From: Macrostomum lignano
Taxonomy: Eukaryota
Assembly: GCA_002269645.1 (NCBI GenBank)
Contig: NIVC01000753.1
Coordinates: 124,001 to 188,000 of the forward strand
DNA: 64,000 bases
Direction: 5' to 3'
The notes below the pieces were generated by a model. It searched no databases. It had not been told where the DNA came from and was given only the letters and a program-made list of their open reading frames with translations. The position numbers and the translations under genes are program-made. Position 1 is the stretch's first letter; the number at the start of each line of letters is the position of its first letter. Below are positions 50,086 to 64,000 of the stretch, piece after piece.

Positions 50086-53000
50086 ATGAAATATGTTCGC
50101 ACAGATCTGGACGACAACAGCGAAATGAGCGGCAGCCTGGCGACAAACAGCAGCGCCACAGGCGGCAGTAGCATGGCCGCCATGCAAAGCGACGACTCGG
50201 TCCTGCCGGTTGGCAGTCCGGGTAACGGCGTCAGCCAGCCAAGGCGCATCACCCACCTGCACAGGCTGGGCGTTGTGATTAAGAGGTGCAGTTACTTGGA
50301 AAAGCTGGCTCTACTGGCGGTGCTGGTGCTGCTTCTGATAGTATTGATTCTGGCCTGCATGCTGTACAATGTGCGCCTCACCGCGTCCTCTGGCCGGCTG
50401 GGATATGCTAATCAGCTGTACAATGTCACCGCCAGTGCCAATTGTGAGTTTGATATCGTGTTCGTATACGCTCTAAGAATATTCACTTCTTAACCTCTGC
50501 TGATGTGCCCCAGGTGTGTGGCTAACTCGATGCGGTAGTGTAAACTTTAAAATATCCTTGATCTGAGATCCATGAGAATTGTAAGCTCTCTCTTAACGGA
50601 TGTCCTTCGGAATTATGACCCTCCCTTACCTGGTACCCTTTAAAATTGTGACTCTCCCTTATCTGATATCCTTCGGGATTGTGACTTCTTTACCTGAGAT
50701 CCGTGAGAATTGTAACCCTCCCTTACTTTCGATTCTTTCTGACTCTCCCTTACCTGAGATCCTTCGCGATTGTGACTCTCCTTTACCTGATACTCGTATC
50801 CTTCAGTATTGTGACTCTCCCATACCTGATATCCTTCGGGATTGCGACTAGACCTGATATCCTTCAGTATTATGACTCCCTTACCTGAGATCCGTGAGAA
50901 TTGTAACCCTCCCTTACTTTCGATCTTTCTTGACTCTCGCTTACCTGATATCTTTCGGGATTGTGACTCTCCCTTGCCTGATATCTTTCGGGATTGTGAC
51001 TCTCCCTTACCTGATATCCTTCGAGATTGTGACTCCCTTACCTCAGATCCGTGAGAATTGTAACCCTCCCTTACTTTCGATCCTTTCTGACTCCCTTACC
51101 TGAAATCCGTGAGGATTCACTCTCCCTTACCAAGTATCTTAGATCCCAAGAGCTTTGACCGCGTTTTCTAGACCAACTTGACTTTAAAGGTCTCTTATTT
51201 AATTATTTATACTCTTAGTAAAGTGCTCATCACGTATAAGATTTGTGGACTTCAAGTCGATTGGACCGTTAATTCCCCAAAGTCCTTCCCATAGGCAATT
51301 AGCCTGCAGATTTCCCAAATAATCTTCACGATCGAACTTTGAAAGCTAAAAATAGTAGCAGACATGGCGCTTCCTTCTAGAATCCAGTTGATTTTGTGAA
51401 ACAGTCGAACGTGTCAATCAAAGAGTTTCTTTTGGACCTGACCGTTGACCCGCTTTGTTATAATTGCAAGCGACAGCACGGCGAGATTGTGACTTAACAA
51501 CCGCTTGATCTGGCTAATGTTCCTCTTAAAAATTAGTACCAGCGTCCTTTTCAAGTTTTCTTGTCCGAAAGAAAGGTTTTTTTCTGTTCTTTTCTCTAAG
51601 GTAGCTCACCCCACAGTCACAAATCTCTGGTAATGTTTTTTTTCAAACTCCCTTAGTATCTGATTGAAAACAACCTATATTGTACATTACTATTCTATAT
51701 TGATTTACATCTGTAGACAGGCTTAGTACATAATCGTACTCCCACCCAGCTTAGTGAATCGGGTTGCAATAGGCAGGCTTAACTCCCATCCAGCTTAGTG
51801 AACTAGGTTGCAATAGGCAGGCTTAATTCCCATCCAGCTTAGTGAATCGGGTTGCAATAGGCAGGCTTAACTCCCATCCAGCTTAGTGAATCGGGTTGCA
51901 ATAGGCAGGCTTAATTCCCATCCAGCTTAGTGAATTGGGCTGCAATAGGCAGTCTTAACTCCCATTCAACTCAGTGAATTGGGCTGCAATAGGCAGGCTT
52001 AATTCCCACCCAGCTTAGCGAATTGGGTTGCAATAACAACGCAGCGTCTGATTTCCGCGTGTTCACCCCACCCGCCAGCCACTTGCACACATCCGGTGTG
52101 CGTCCAGCTAACCGCCCGGCTGCTGTCCTACATGAACGAATCTGCCGATCCATGCGAAGATTTTTACGAATTCTCGTGCGGATTATTTCGCCAACGAGTG
52201 ACCATTCCGGCTGGGCGGCAGCAGGCCAACGTGTTCAGCCTGCAGTCCGGGGCTAATGAGATCCTACTGCGCAGTCTGCTGGGTGAGGGCGGCGGCTGCT
52301 CGATTGGTCTTTGATTTTTCTCTCTCTCGATGGATAAATTTTTTACATTTTCCTAGAACAAAGCCTAGAGTGTGTAATATCTGCAAATGGCATTAAGAAC
52401 TATGAGAGGCTTCATTTCTAAGAAAATTTAGCTAAATTGGTCCCTCGAATGGGTAGTTCAGCCAAGCTAATGGTGCAAAAATTGCGCACTAGATGATTAG
52501 AGCTTTTCGAATTCTAGGGGCGCGCGGCTCTGGTGTCTTGACAGTCTTAGGCGCTGCTAAACTGAGTTATGTCTAAGCTATTCTGGTATTCTTATTGCAA
52601 TTCAAGCATTAAAAAAACTCCAACTTCCTGCCAATTCTGTCTGCAGAATCCGCCTCTCCATCAGTGTCAGCGGACGCCGACATCAACGCTGAGCTGCGGT
52701 CCAACCTGGCCGCGCTCTACCGGTCCTGCCTTAACGAATCCGCCAGAGAGGAGGCGGGCCTGCAGCCGCTGCTGGACCTGGTGGCTCCAGTCGGGCCCTG
52801 GGCCGCCTGCAACGCCACCGCCCGGGCCTACAAGGATGGCTGGACTATAGCCGACGGCCTGCTCAGATCCGCCGTGTTCTCCGCTGCCCACTCGGAGAAT
52901 CCACCATTCTTCTACCTCGGTGTCACGGTTGACATCTTCAACACCAAGCGACGCGCAGTTCACCTCAGCCAGTCCAGCACGCTGCTTCTGCGCGATGACT

Positions 53001-56000
53001 ACGTGCGCAATCGGACGGCGAATTTGGCCGCTCTGGCAGAGTCGCTTGAAGAACTGGCGAAACTGTTTGGCCTGACTATGACTGCCCAGGATGTCAGGAA
53101 TATTATCGAACTGGAGCGCAAGATTGCGGAGGTTTGACCGTTTTGTTCTCTGAGTGTCTTAGTGTTGTAGTGTGTAAACTAAGACATCAGGATACTACAA
53201 CAGTAAGACACATCGGGGGGGGGACACTAGCTCGTACAACACTTAGCTCGTAGACACCAGGACGCCACAACACTAAGACACTCGGCCACTAAAATACTAC
53301 ATTAGTTCTGGTCTCTTAGTTTTGTTTAATGCTTTAGTATTAGTGTTTGTTTTGTCCTAGTGTTTTAATGTGCTGATGTCTTTATGTTGTTGTGTCCTGG
53401 TGTCATAGTAGCGTTTGTAGTGCTTTTTGGTTTAGTGTCTTAGTGTTGTAGAGTCTCTAGTGTCTTATTGTAGTGTCCAAATGCCTTACTGCCTTAGTTT
53501 CTGCGTCTTAGTAAGCATCGACAAACAGAGAAACAGACAGGCACTTTCTCCGCAATTTTTCTACACCACAGATCTCTCTGCCCGAATGGAAGAGGCGCGG
53601 CTCCCTGCTAATGGGGAACTCCACGATTAAGCAGTTGCAGGAGGATTTTCCCTGTGTGAGATATCACTAAGTATTTATTCTCTCAAATCCTTTACTGTCT
53701 TCGCCTCTCCACTCCCAGATCCTTAAGTGACCTTCATCACTCCCAGATCCTTCAGTGACCTTCACCACTCCCAGATCCTTCAGTGACCTTCACCACTCCC
53801 AGATCCTTCAGTGACCTTCACCACTCCCAGATCCTTCAGTTACCTACAACACTCCCAGATCCTTCAGTGACCTACAACACTCCCAGATCCTTCAGTGACC
53901 TAAAACACTATCAGATCCTTCAGTTACCTACAACACTCCCAGATCCTTCAGTGACCTTCACCACTCCCAGATCCTTCAGTGACCTAAAACACTCTCAGAT
54001 CCTTCAGTTACCTACAACACTCCCAGATCCTTCAGTGACCTTCACCACTCCCAGATCCTTCAGTGACCTTCACCACTCCCAGATCCTTCAGTGACCTTCA
54101 CCACTCCCAGATCCTTTAGTGACCTTCACCACTCCCAGATCCTTCAGTTACCTACAACACTCCCAGATCCTTCAGTTACCTACAACACTCCCAGATCCTT
54201 CAGTGACCTTCACCACTCCCAGATCCTTCAGTGACCTTCACCACTCCCAGATCCTTCAGTGACCTTCACCACTCCCAGATCCTTTAGTGACCTTCACCAC
54301 TCCCAGATCCTTCAGTTACCTACAACACTCCCAGATCCTTCAGTTACCTTCACCACTCCCAGATCCTTTAGTGACCTTCACCACTCCCAGATCCTTCAGT
54401 TACCTACAACACTCCCAGATCCTTCAGTGACCTTCACCACTCCCAGATCCTTCAGTGACCTTTACCACTCCCAGATCCTTCAGTGACCTAAAACACTCTC
54501 AGATCCTTCAGTTACCTACAACACTCCCAGATCCTTCAGTGGCCTGCGCCATCTTCAGCTCAAAGAGTGCTGCCGAATCCCCCACGCAGATAAACTGGAC
54601 CAGTGTGCTGCTGACGCTACTGAGCAACTCAAGCTACGCAATTACGAACGATACTCCGGTAAATCTTCACGATCGATCCTTCTTTGAGCAGTTGTGTCCG
54701 CTGCTAAATCAGCTTTCGTCTGATGCGGAGCAGACTCGGTGAGCGCAAGTCTGCAAGCTTGGCAATGCATGCATTTTCCAAGTTATTTTATGGTGGTCGT
54801 CCAGGATTTTGTCGCGCTTGTGCGACCGAATAATAGTACATGTTCAAAAAGTAACCCGGCCGGACCACGAAGTTAGTGTTAGTGGCGAGATTAGCCATCT
54901 TTGGTCGTGATTCGTGATGCTTTTGACCTTGAATGCTTCTGGTGTTTTTATTAATTTTCCAAAACCGTTTCTCGTATTAAACTAGCTTTATTAAAGTTCA
55001 AAAGCTCGAAAATGCCAACAAACGAGAATGATAAAAATTTGTTCCTTGGGGGAGATGTCAAATTAACCGGGGGTTCAGCAACCCAGTTTTATATGGCCTT
55101 GGCTTTTAGTCCCTATTTCAAGTACAAGTACCCGAAGTGCCTTGTGCAGGATGGTTTGCGGAGGCTTGCCGGGGTCGAGCGATTCACGCCCGTAACATAA
55201 TTGCTTGCACCGTTGCTGGTCGACTGCCCCCCTCCCCATCAATCGCAGGCTGGTCAACAACTACTTGTTGGTGCGCAGCATCTGGCCGCTGCTTCCGTTC
55301 ACCACCCCCGCCGCCTACCGTATCCCGGAGAAGCTCACCTACAGAATACGCGGAGTCCACGGCACCGAAGCGCCCTGGAAAATTTGCGTCCAATCCGTTG
55401 ATGGCATTTTCGGCTTTCCGTTGGGCAAATTATTTGTCGACAGTTACTTTCTAAGAGACTCGCATTCGGCGATTGAGCGATTGATTGACAGCCTTATGGC
55501 CGCGTTCAATGCTAGCTTAGCAGATGCCCGCTGGATGGACGAGGCCACGCGTCGCCAGGCCGTCGGCAAGCTGGACGCCATCCGCCGCTTAGTTGGCTAT
55601 CCGCACTATTTCAACAATGCCACCGAGCTGCGTAGGGAGCTGGGCGGCTACCGACTGCGGCCGGATCGCTACTTTGACAATGTGGTGCAGATTCAACGGG
55701 AGAGCACTAACAGGGTAAGTGAGCGGCTAGTGTGGGATTTGAGTTTTCCGCTGTCTACTCAGAGTAGATTATCACTGATAGGGTTATCCGCTGTCTTGTA
55801 GAAAGAGCAATTGGCGTTTACCAGCCAAAAGTTCTTTGAAAGTTTCGTTTCTACGAGTACTAGAAGAAGATTCTTGACAAGCCGCTCCCTCCTCTGTCCG
55901 CAGGCTCTGTCCCGGCTATCCGAGCCGGTCCGGCTGACCTTCGGCATGACTCCGCAGTCTGTGAATGCCTATTATTCGCCTTCGTTCAACGCCATCGCCT

Positions 56001-58558
56001 TCCCCGCCGGCATCCTGCAGCAGCCGTTCTACCGGCCGCAGTTCCCAGCCTACGTGTCCTACGGCGCCATCGGAGCCGTCATCGGGCACGAGATCACGCA
56101 CGGCTTCGATGACAGCGGCCGGCACCACGACAGGGACGGCAATAAGCGGGAATGGTGGAGCAATGGCACCGTTGCCGCGTTCGACAGGGCCACCGACTGC
56201 ATTGCCAGGTTTGTTAACTGCTACTTATTAGTAAGCTGTGGTGTAAATCCTTGTTGAATATGCTGAGAGGCACGAGTAAACACACAGACAGGCACTAAAA
56301 CACAATAAGATAGGCAGTGTGCAAATAAGACACTAAGACACTAAGGAACCAAATGCAACAGTCTCTAAGACACAATAAGATAAGCAGTGTGAAAATACGA
56401 AAGACACTAAGGACACACACAATACAACAGTCTTTTAGACACAGTAAGACAGACACTAAGGACACAATACAACAGTCTTTAATACACAGTAAGACAGACA
56501 CTAAGGACACAAGACAACAGTCTTTTAGACACAATTAGACAGAAACTATTGACACAATGTAAAAGTCTTAAAGACAAATTGAGATAGGCACAGACACAGT
56601 AAGACAGGACTCTTAATCACACTAAAGGCTTGAGAAATCTTGACCACATTGTGCCACATTTCAATTAGCGACAGTGATATACAAATCCTATGACCTAGAC
56701 ACTAAAACTGACACCAAGATAAGTCAAGAAGACATGCAGACAGGCGGTGGAGAGACTGATAGACTGCAGACAGTCGTAATAAATTTACTATACCTGTTTT
56801 TTACTCTTGGTGTTGTATAAGCATAAAAAAACTTTTTACAGACAGTACGAAGCGTTCACGGTTGATGGCAACGTTCAAGTCAGCGGCCAGCTGGTGCTGG
56901 GTGAGAGCATCGCCGATAACGGTGGACTAAAGATGGCATACCGGGTGAGATTTTCATTCTTTATAATGAAACCTCAGGGTGTTTGTATTCAACCCCGTTG
57001 ACTTTGACTAACAATGAGTAACAATTGGTTTTCTCTTGTGACATTGACGTTTATTACCTCACACTTTATATCCTCATTCCGTCACACCGACTTTGATGTG
57101 CATACTTTATTCCATGACCTGGAACTCATTTTCTGAACTTAGTGTACATTTAGAATTACGAATTGACCATGTCTTATTCTAATGTAAAAGTTACCTACAG
57201 GTATAACGTTGACCTCAGTTCGGAACAATGGTGCTCTGCAGACTGTGAAAATATGATGCCCTGACCTTGAATACGACTTTATATTCATTTCTATACCTTG
57301 AATTTATGTCGTCGTATCTTGATAAAGTGCCATGATCTCAACCTAGCTGCATGACCGCGACTTCATTCCTAACATCGCCTTCTCCCGAATCCCGTAGGCC
57401 TACAAGCAGCAACAGAAACCTGACGAACCGCTGCTGCCCTACCTTGGCGATCGGTACAGCCGAGAGCAGGTTCTGTTCCTTGCCTACGCGCAGGTGCGTA
57501 CTCCGCAGTTTTGAATTTGCCTAATTAACAATTCAAAGTCTTCTTAGGGCGTGTCAAGTCAAGTGTTCGACTTTGTTTGAAAAGGCTAAGTGGGGTCTGG
57601 TCAGAGGGGCAGAGCAGCCCAGCGGTAAACGCGCGTCTGACTTTCGCGTCATGACTCCTTGGTGGTTCGATTCTGCGCAAGGCCACAATATTCGATTGGG
57701 GCTTGTGGACGAAAATTAGTGGGTGGGGGGGGGGGGCTGCAATTCACAGCCGTGAAGCCCAACCCCCAAGGCACAGAGATTGTACATCCCTGATGATTAG
57801 AAAGTCAGGGCCGCTGTACAAAAGGGGCCGAGTGAGTGTGTAAAAGTGCGTGTCTGAGTACAGTATCTGCGCGCTTGTATGCTCAGGAGTAAGCGGAATG
57901 GGCAGAATTGTCTAAGCGCTTGTGAGACAATGTTCTACCAGGGTGCCCAACAATCCTCCTGCGAATATTTGTTTGTTTGAGGTCAGGTCAAGATTGATCG
58001 TGGCAGGCCAGCAGCAGTACAGGTCATTTCCGATCATTATAGGCCGGGTCAGTTTACATATAGATGAGGTCTAAAACACTAAAACACTATGGACGTCCGT
58101 TTGGAGTTTTCATAAGTCTTCATTTGTAAAAATTCATAGCATACAGGATACAGCTAGTGAAGCGCAATCTGGGTTTTTATTGGTTCCAAGCTCCTGTCTA
58201 TGACCAAAGTCGACAAATCTGACGTGTCATCGCAAAATCCTGCAGTAATTCGCACACAATGGGCTTATAAGTAGGCGATTAGAAACGAAACATTTTTTGT
58301 ATTAAATAGGCAGCTAGTTAGCCTGGTAAAACCATTATTATGCTTGCAACAAAACTCGAACCCACATCGTGCTCTGCACAGACTTGGTGCGAGCTGATCA
58401 CCCCGGAGGCGCTGCGCCAGTTAATTACGGTGAACACACACCCGCCAGGCCAGATGCGAGTCTGGGGCCCCGTGGCCAACATGCCCGAATTCGGACGAGC
58501 TTTCGGCTGCCGACCGGGCTCGAAAATGAATCCGATTGATAAGTGCTCGGTCTGGTGA
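50086..58558 (+). CDS. M13 family (neprilysin/endothelin-converting enzyme-like) type II membrane metallopeptidase; exons 50086-50443, 52079-52282, 52647-53131, 53572-53655, 54590-54738, 55249-55714, 55904-56208, 56842-56944, 57398-57493, 58382-58558
   Basis: N-terminal TM; DPCEDFYEFSCG; VNAYY; HEITH zinc motif; GESIADNGG; HPP..RV; C-terminal KCSVW; all nine introns are GT-AG with consistent phases. Confidence 0.95.
50600..51130. repeat. Composite ~35-bp minisatellite in intron 1 of the M13 gene
   Basis: gattgtgactctcccttacctgatatccttcgg variants with higher-order blocks. Confidence 0.85.
51740..52035. repeat. 44-bp minisatellite, ~7 copies
   Basis: cccatccagcttagtgaatcgggttgcaataggcaggcttaatt units. 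Confidence 0.93.
53150..53520. repeat. Low-complexity gacactaag/cttagtgt-rich intronic repeat
   Basis: Same short motif family as the 32486 minisatellite. Confidence 0.6.
53710..54540. repeat. 27-bp minisatellite, ~30 copies, intronic
   Basis: cactcccagatccttcagtgaccttcac units. Confidence 0.97.
56275..56625. repeat. Low-complexity gacactaag/gacacaata intronic repeat
   Basis: Degenerate ~9-40-bp units. Confidence 0.7.
57606..57965 (+). mobile_element. tRNA-derived SINE, the most complete copy in the window (in the last M13 intron)
   Basis: A-box-like ggggcagagcagcccagcgg, B box ggttcgattc, conserved body with a ccctga...tcaggg hairpin and a gctcaggag...aatgggcagaattg 3' part. Confidence 0.82.
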
Positions 58559-59281
58559 AGTCGACGCTTTACCGGGCCGAATCTGACTGTACTCAAAACT
58601 GCTTCTATTGCAAGTTTTTAGATTACAAAATCAAGTCAAGGCTCAAATTTTATTTATTACGATTTTTTCGTCAGTATTTACAAGATGGAGCAAATTTTCT
58701 TCGATTCAACCTACCAGCTGAGTCGAATCAGTAGTATTTTAAGGTTTTTAAGCAATATTTTCACTATACAGTAATTATGTTTTCGACACCGATTCGAAAC
58801 GCGTACTCCAGCACAAATTGCTGCTTCTTTATGCGAACAAAGCAATCCTTTTTATTTCAGTTTTGTACATGCGTGGTTTACCAGATTTTATTAGACGGTC
58901 AGTTTAACTTATTTTCTCGATATTTTTAATTGCGTCACAATCGCTTGCAGCAGCTGATATTGAGCAACGTATCGCTCTGTTATCCTCCATTGAACCTTTA
59001 ATTTTTTATAAACGGACAGAACGTTTGCCCTTTCCGAAAATTTTTATTATTTTTTGCAGCGTGTTTTGTGCCCTGCCCCAGTTGGAAATTTACTAATAAA
59101 CTAACCTTAAAATAACTGAGTGCTCACTTTAGTTCACGGGAAATACTCTTATTATACTTTTTTACCGAGTGAATGAGACATTGAAATTTAATTTTTGATG
59201 ACGCTTTAATTTCAGAAAAATTGCATCCATTTCTTAACACGGTTAATGGTTTATTAGTCTACCAACCAAGGTGCTAATACA

Positions 59282-59610
59282 ACCAGTCTGACAAAAGAAC
59301 CCAATGTACTTAATACTCGTACTGTTGGTAGCACCAGTCTGACAAAAGAACCCAATGTACTTAATATTCGTACTGTTGGTAGCACCAGTCTGAAAAAAGA
59401 ACCCAATGTACTTAATACTCGTACTGTTGGTAGCACCAGTCTGACAAAAGAACCCAATGTACTTAATATTCGTACTGTTGGTAGCACCAGTCTGAAAAAA
59501 GAACCCAATGTACTTAATACTCGTACTGTTGGTAGCACCAGTCTGACAAAAGAACCCAATGTACTTAATACTCGTACTGTTGGTAGCACCAGTCTAACAA
59601 AAGAACCCAA
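59282..59610. repeat. 51-bp minisatellite, ~6.5 copies
   Basis: accagtctgacaaaagaacccaatgtacttaatactcgtactgttggtagc units at 59282, 59333 and onward. Confidence 0.96.
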
Positions 59611-60822
59611 CCTAACGAGTACTCAAAATTGTTGGTACAACCTGTATAAGAAAGGACCGTCAGAACGCAAACTGGCCCCAAGAGATCATTTTGAGCCCAA
59701 GGAAAAACAAAATGAAAAAGCAGCAAAAATGAACAAACTACGTAAATTTCTACGGTCAGACTGGCCAGTTGTTGATTATATTGTTGTCAATAGCAACAGG
59801 CAGAAGAAAAAACAATATATGGTACTGCGGGCGAGGGAAAAGGGCGGGTAAATTGTATGGGAAAATTTATGGGAAGATTTATGATTAAATAAGTTGATTA
59901 TGTATAGAGCTAGTGCTTATTATGGAGCACACGTACTGGGCACGAGGATGCGAGACTGAGATCATAATACAAGTATAGATAAATATCATGTAATAAGTAT
60001 TTACAGGTAAAAAGCGGTTCACTTCAGTAGAGAACACACGGTTATTGTTCAGGTTAAATAGGCGGCTACCCCAGACTTCAATAATCCAATTGCTGCAAAC
60101 TGGCCAATTATTGCCCTAATCAATTATTAACGGACAATAGCAGGTGTTAATTAGAGCTTGAAATCCGGCACTAATGACAGTCTCGAGTAAAAACAATAAT
60201 ATGAACACAGTTCGGGTGTGAAGAATGAATCTAGTAAAACAAAGCAAAAGCAAACAAAACTTAATTAGTTTCACAGCGGAACAATGTCTAGCAAACAGAT
60301 TTAAGTAACTAGAGACGATAGACAGAACCACAACACTGCATGTATATATATGTGTGTATATATTAAAACGATTAGCAATCGAATGCCCGAAACACCAGAA
60401 ATATAAAAAAGACATGACAAAAGTTGCCAAAAAGGCCAAAGGTTCTGATTTCATTAAAATAGGCAACAGCTCAGAACAGTCAATATAGGTTGGGTCATCT
60501 GGCAATGGAGAAAACTGGCATGCACTCGTAATGATGACGGGATTAAGAGTGTAATGGACTCACGGGATGTAAATATGCATCAGTAATCAATAAATATACA
60601 TGCCAGCTGCACAGAGAACAGGTAAATGAGTGAGCATAGAGACTGGCCAGAGAAATGATATTAATAGATATGAAATATGAGATACAATAAGGCAACAGAG
60701 CCGGGAACGAGGAAGCGGAGTTCGACCAAGAACTGCTGCGATCCAAACACTGCAATTTGCATGCACAAGACTGGCCTATTTGCTTAGCAACTAATGCGTG
60801 TCCATTCATTCATGCAGATAAC

Positions 60823-61390
<568 letters not shown>

Positions 61391-61889
61391 TGTCCACCGA
61401 CAACCGATATTTCTATATTTATACATTCCAACAGCCTAAACCCACTCAACTGCAAATTGCAGACCTGGTTAAACTCAGATTTGCAGGCTAAAAAAGCAGG
61501 GCTGATTAGGATAGGAAACACGATAGCCGGGCCTCAAGCTTGAATTTGCACTGCTTAGCAAGTCACGCTAAACACACGAACTGCGTTACCAAAGGACTAA
61601 AAATCCGGCTTCCTTCATCAAAAGCAACAATCAGCATTTCAGATATGCGAATAAAACTGTTAGATGAAGTAAAATCAATTAATTCAATCCATCAAGCAAA
61701 TTATAAATATAATCAATACATCTATTAACAGTTATAACAAGTGAAACTGCTATGTACAGCTTTAGTTAATAATCAGACAGGTAAATGGCTATTATTAACA
61801 GGAAAGATATTTATTGTTCAGAGTAAAAATCAATTAAAAGTGTCGGTCAACTCTGAGCACAGATATATTATAAAGTAGATGGGTTACTC

Positions 61890-62170
61890 AAAACATGCTA
61901 ATAAGCTACTATCAGCTCAGTAGTATCTCTCTTCCTCCCGACTTCCTATTGGCTCATTTAGCTGCCTTATCGTTCGCGCCATTCCGCACAAACTCTGCAC
62001 CTCTGTCGCTTCTCTGCCCCCTCCGATTTTATTGCCCCCATCGTTCGCGTCCTGACTGGGTAGGGGAAGGGGGTTTAAGCAGCCATGTACATTATCTGTG
62101 ACATTGGCCAATGTACATTGTGTCTGCACCGATAACAAAATAGGTTAGTCACGTGATTCTCTATCCTCAG
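61890..62170. mobile_element. Degenerate dispersed repeat related to 17340-17510 and to the interior of the 2179/36250 MITEs
   Basis: Shares aagctact..ca.ttcagtag, tttattgcc and gccaatgtacatt motifs. Confidence 0.55.
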
Positions 62171-62425
62171 CAGAAAAATAGCTGCCGGCCAATTTATTTA
62201 CTCGCTACTAACAGCAGTGTGTGAGAGCAGCCATCCAGTTATTTAATATCCGTGCCGTTAACCTAAAATAGTTTGAATTATTAATGAATTAAAAATCTTT
62301 ACACGGCAGTCACGTCAGATCGAATCGGTGAATTCAAGTCTACTATGAGCTACTACAGGCAGTTGACTTTTTCAGTGAGACGAGCTATAATTAAAAAATT
62401 GAAAATTCTCATGCTAGCTAGCCTC

Positions 62426-62511
62426 TCAATGATGAGCGACAGGCTTCATCAGAATCTGAGGCACATGCTGAGGCTGCTGGTGCTGAGGCTGCTGCATCTG
62501 CTGCTGATGGA

Positions 62512-62560
<49 letters not shown>

Positions 62561-64000
62561 TTGTTGCGTAGGCGGCGGCACCAGACCCGGATGCGTGCGC
62601 ATGTGCCTGCGCAGATGGGAAGAATCTGAGAAAGCCTTCTGACAGGCCGGACAGATGAAATTCTTAGCCGAAGGCGGTTTCGGTGCGCTGGGCGCTCCGC
62701 CGGGCGTGTGGCTGTGAATAATGTGCCGCTTGAGGTGGTCGGTGCGGCTATAGGCCTTGTCGCACATAGGGCAGCGGTGGTCGCGGACTCCGCTGTGGAT
62801 TTTCATGTGCGTAGTGAGGCTGTAGGACCGGCTGAACGCTTTGTGACAGGTGAGGCACTCGTACGGCTTGGCGTTGCTATGGGTGACGGAGTGCCTGCGC
62901 AGCCTATAGCTGGAGTTGAAAGTCTTCTGGCAGACCTCGCATTCGAAGGTGGCGCCGGAAGCGGCGGCCTGATGGTTAAACATGTGCCGCTTCAGCTTGG
63001 CGTTGTCGGCGAAACCTTTGCCGCAGGTTGGACAGAGCACCTGCGGCTGCGGCGGCTGCTGCTGCTGCTGCTGCTGGGATTGCGGCTGGTGCTGACTGGG
63101 ATGATGCTGCACCTGCTGATGGTGCGGCTGCGGTTGAGACTGCTGCTGCTGCTGCTGCTGCTGGTGCTGCTGTGGCTGCTGCTGCGGCGGCTGCTGCTGA
63201 TGCGGCAGGTGATGCTGCGGATGCGAATGATGAGGCTCCAGCTTTGTTGACGAAGGCTTTACCTCAGGTGTTGGCCAGGCCTGCGCAATAACAGTGGGTA
63301 AGTGCTGGATTGACGAGGGGTGTGCAAATAGAGCGCAGTAACTGCATCGCCACCCCTAACTGCATTAAACTTACCTATAAATGCGTCAAAAATACCCACA
63401 GATGCGTCAAATCCACCCGTAAATGCATCGAAACGACTAACAGATTGCTTTGAGGCTATCAAAGTCGCTTCAAAACCGTTTTTAACAGCGCACAACTACC
63501 CAAAAACAAGCAAAAATCCAAAAACGCATACACCCAGCTTACGTGCTGCAGATGATGCGGATTGACAGCACCGCCGCTGCTAGCAACATGCGATTTGGCG
63601 GTTGGCTCCATCTTAGGCAGCTGGGGCGGCTGATGATGCGAAGGCGGCGGGTGCGGCATGCCTGGCAGCAGCTGAGCGGTGGTAGGCACAATAATGGAGT
63701 GCGCAGGGAGGCCCAGCGGCCCGGCAGCGGCAGCAGCAGCAGCGGCCGCGGCGGCGCCTGGATGGTGATTATGATGATGATGCGGATAGTGCGGCACCTT
63801 AACGCCGCCCTGCGGTAGAGCGGCGTGATGCGCCGCGGCGAATAGGTCCTGGGCTCGACCCTGGTGCGCGGCTAACAACTGGTGGCCGGAGCCCAGAGCG
63901 GCGGCTGCGGCGGCTTGACTGGACTTGGGGTCCAGATGCGGGTAGCTAGAGCCGGCGCCGCCGTGCCCGCCAGGCATCTGGTGGCAGGCCGCCGCCGCCG
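62426..64000 (-). CDS. C2H2 zinc-finger transcription factor (5 fingers; poly-Gln/His/Ala); exons >64000-63543 and 63280-62426; 5' end outside the window
   Basis: Five CxxC-x12-H-x3/4-H fingers (CPTC, CEVC, CLTC, CPMC, CPAC); donor CAC|GTAAGC and acceptor ttattgcgcag|GCC are both phase 0. Confidence 0.93.

Noticed and set aside
57788-57812. CTGATGA...GAAAGTC in the SINE as a hammerhead ribozyme core
   Set aside because: No stem II or stem III is possible (3 nt between CUGAUGA and GAAA, and GUC follows directly); GAAA is AAAA in the 49880 copy; a simple cctga/tcagg hairpin explains it better

Overview
Eukaryotic (animal) genomic DNA with spliceosomal GT-AG introns, Gln/Ala-rich coding exons and very dense tandem repeats. 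The style suggests a repeat-rich invertebrate such as a free-living flatworm (Macrostomum-like); this is inference only. Recognisable genes: a calmodulin-like EF-hand gene (-, 19546-21054, one frameshift), a DEG/ENaC channel (-, 25737-35271), a 10-exon M13 neprilysin/ECE-like metallopeptidase (+, 50086-58558) and a C2H2 zinc-finger gene running off the right edge (-). There are four orphan multi-exon genes. One (-, 10063-12029) carries an I-PpoI/His-Cys-box (His-Me finger) zinc module that keeps its Zn ligands but appears to lack the catalytic Asn. Mobile DNA: a 2.2-kb Maverick/Polinton-derived mini-element (AGT termini, 6-bp TSD) in an ENaC intron; a 2761-bp MULE-like element inserted in reverse into the TIR of its own twin, giving a ~6.4-kb palindrome with 10-bp TSDs; a nested hAT MITE with a visible empty site; other MITEs; and a tRNA-derived SINE family. 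No rRNA, CRISPR or prokaryotic features were seen. All calls come from manual reading; no database searches were run.
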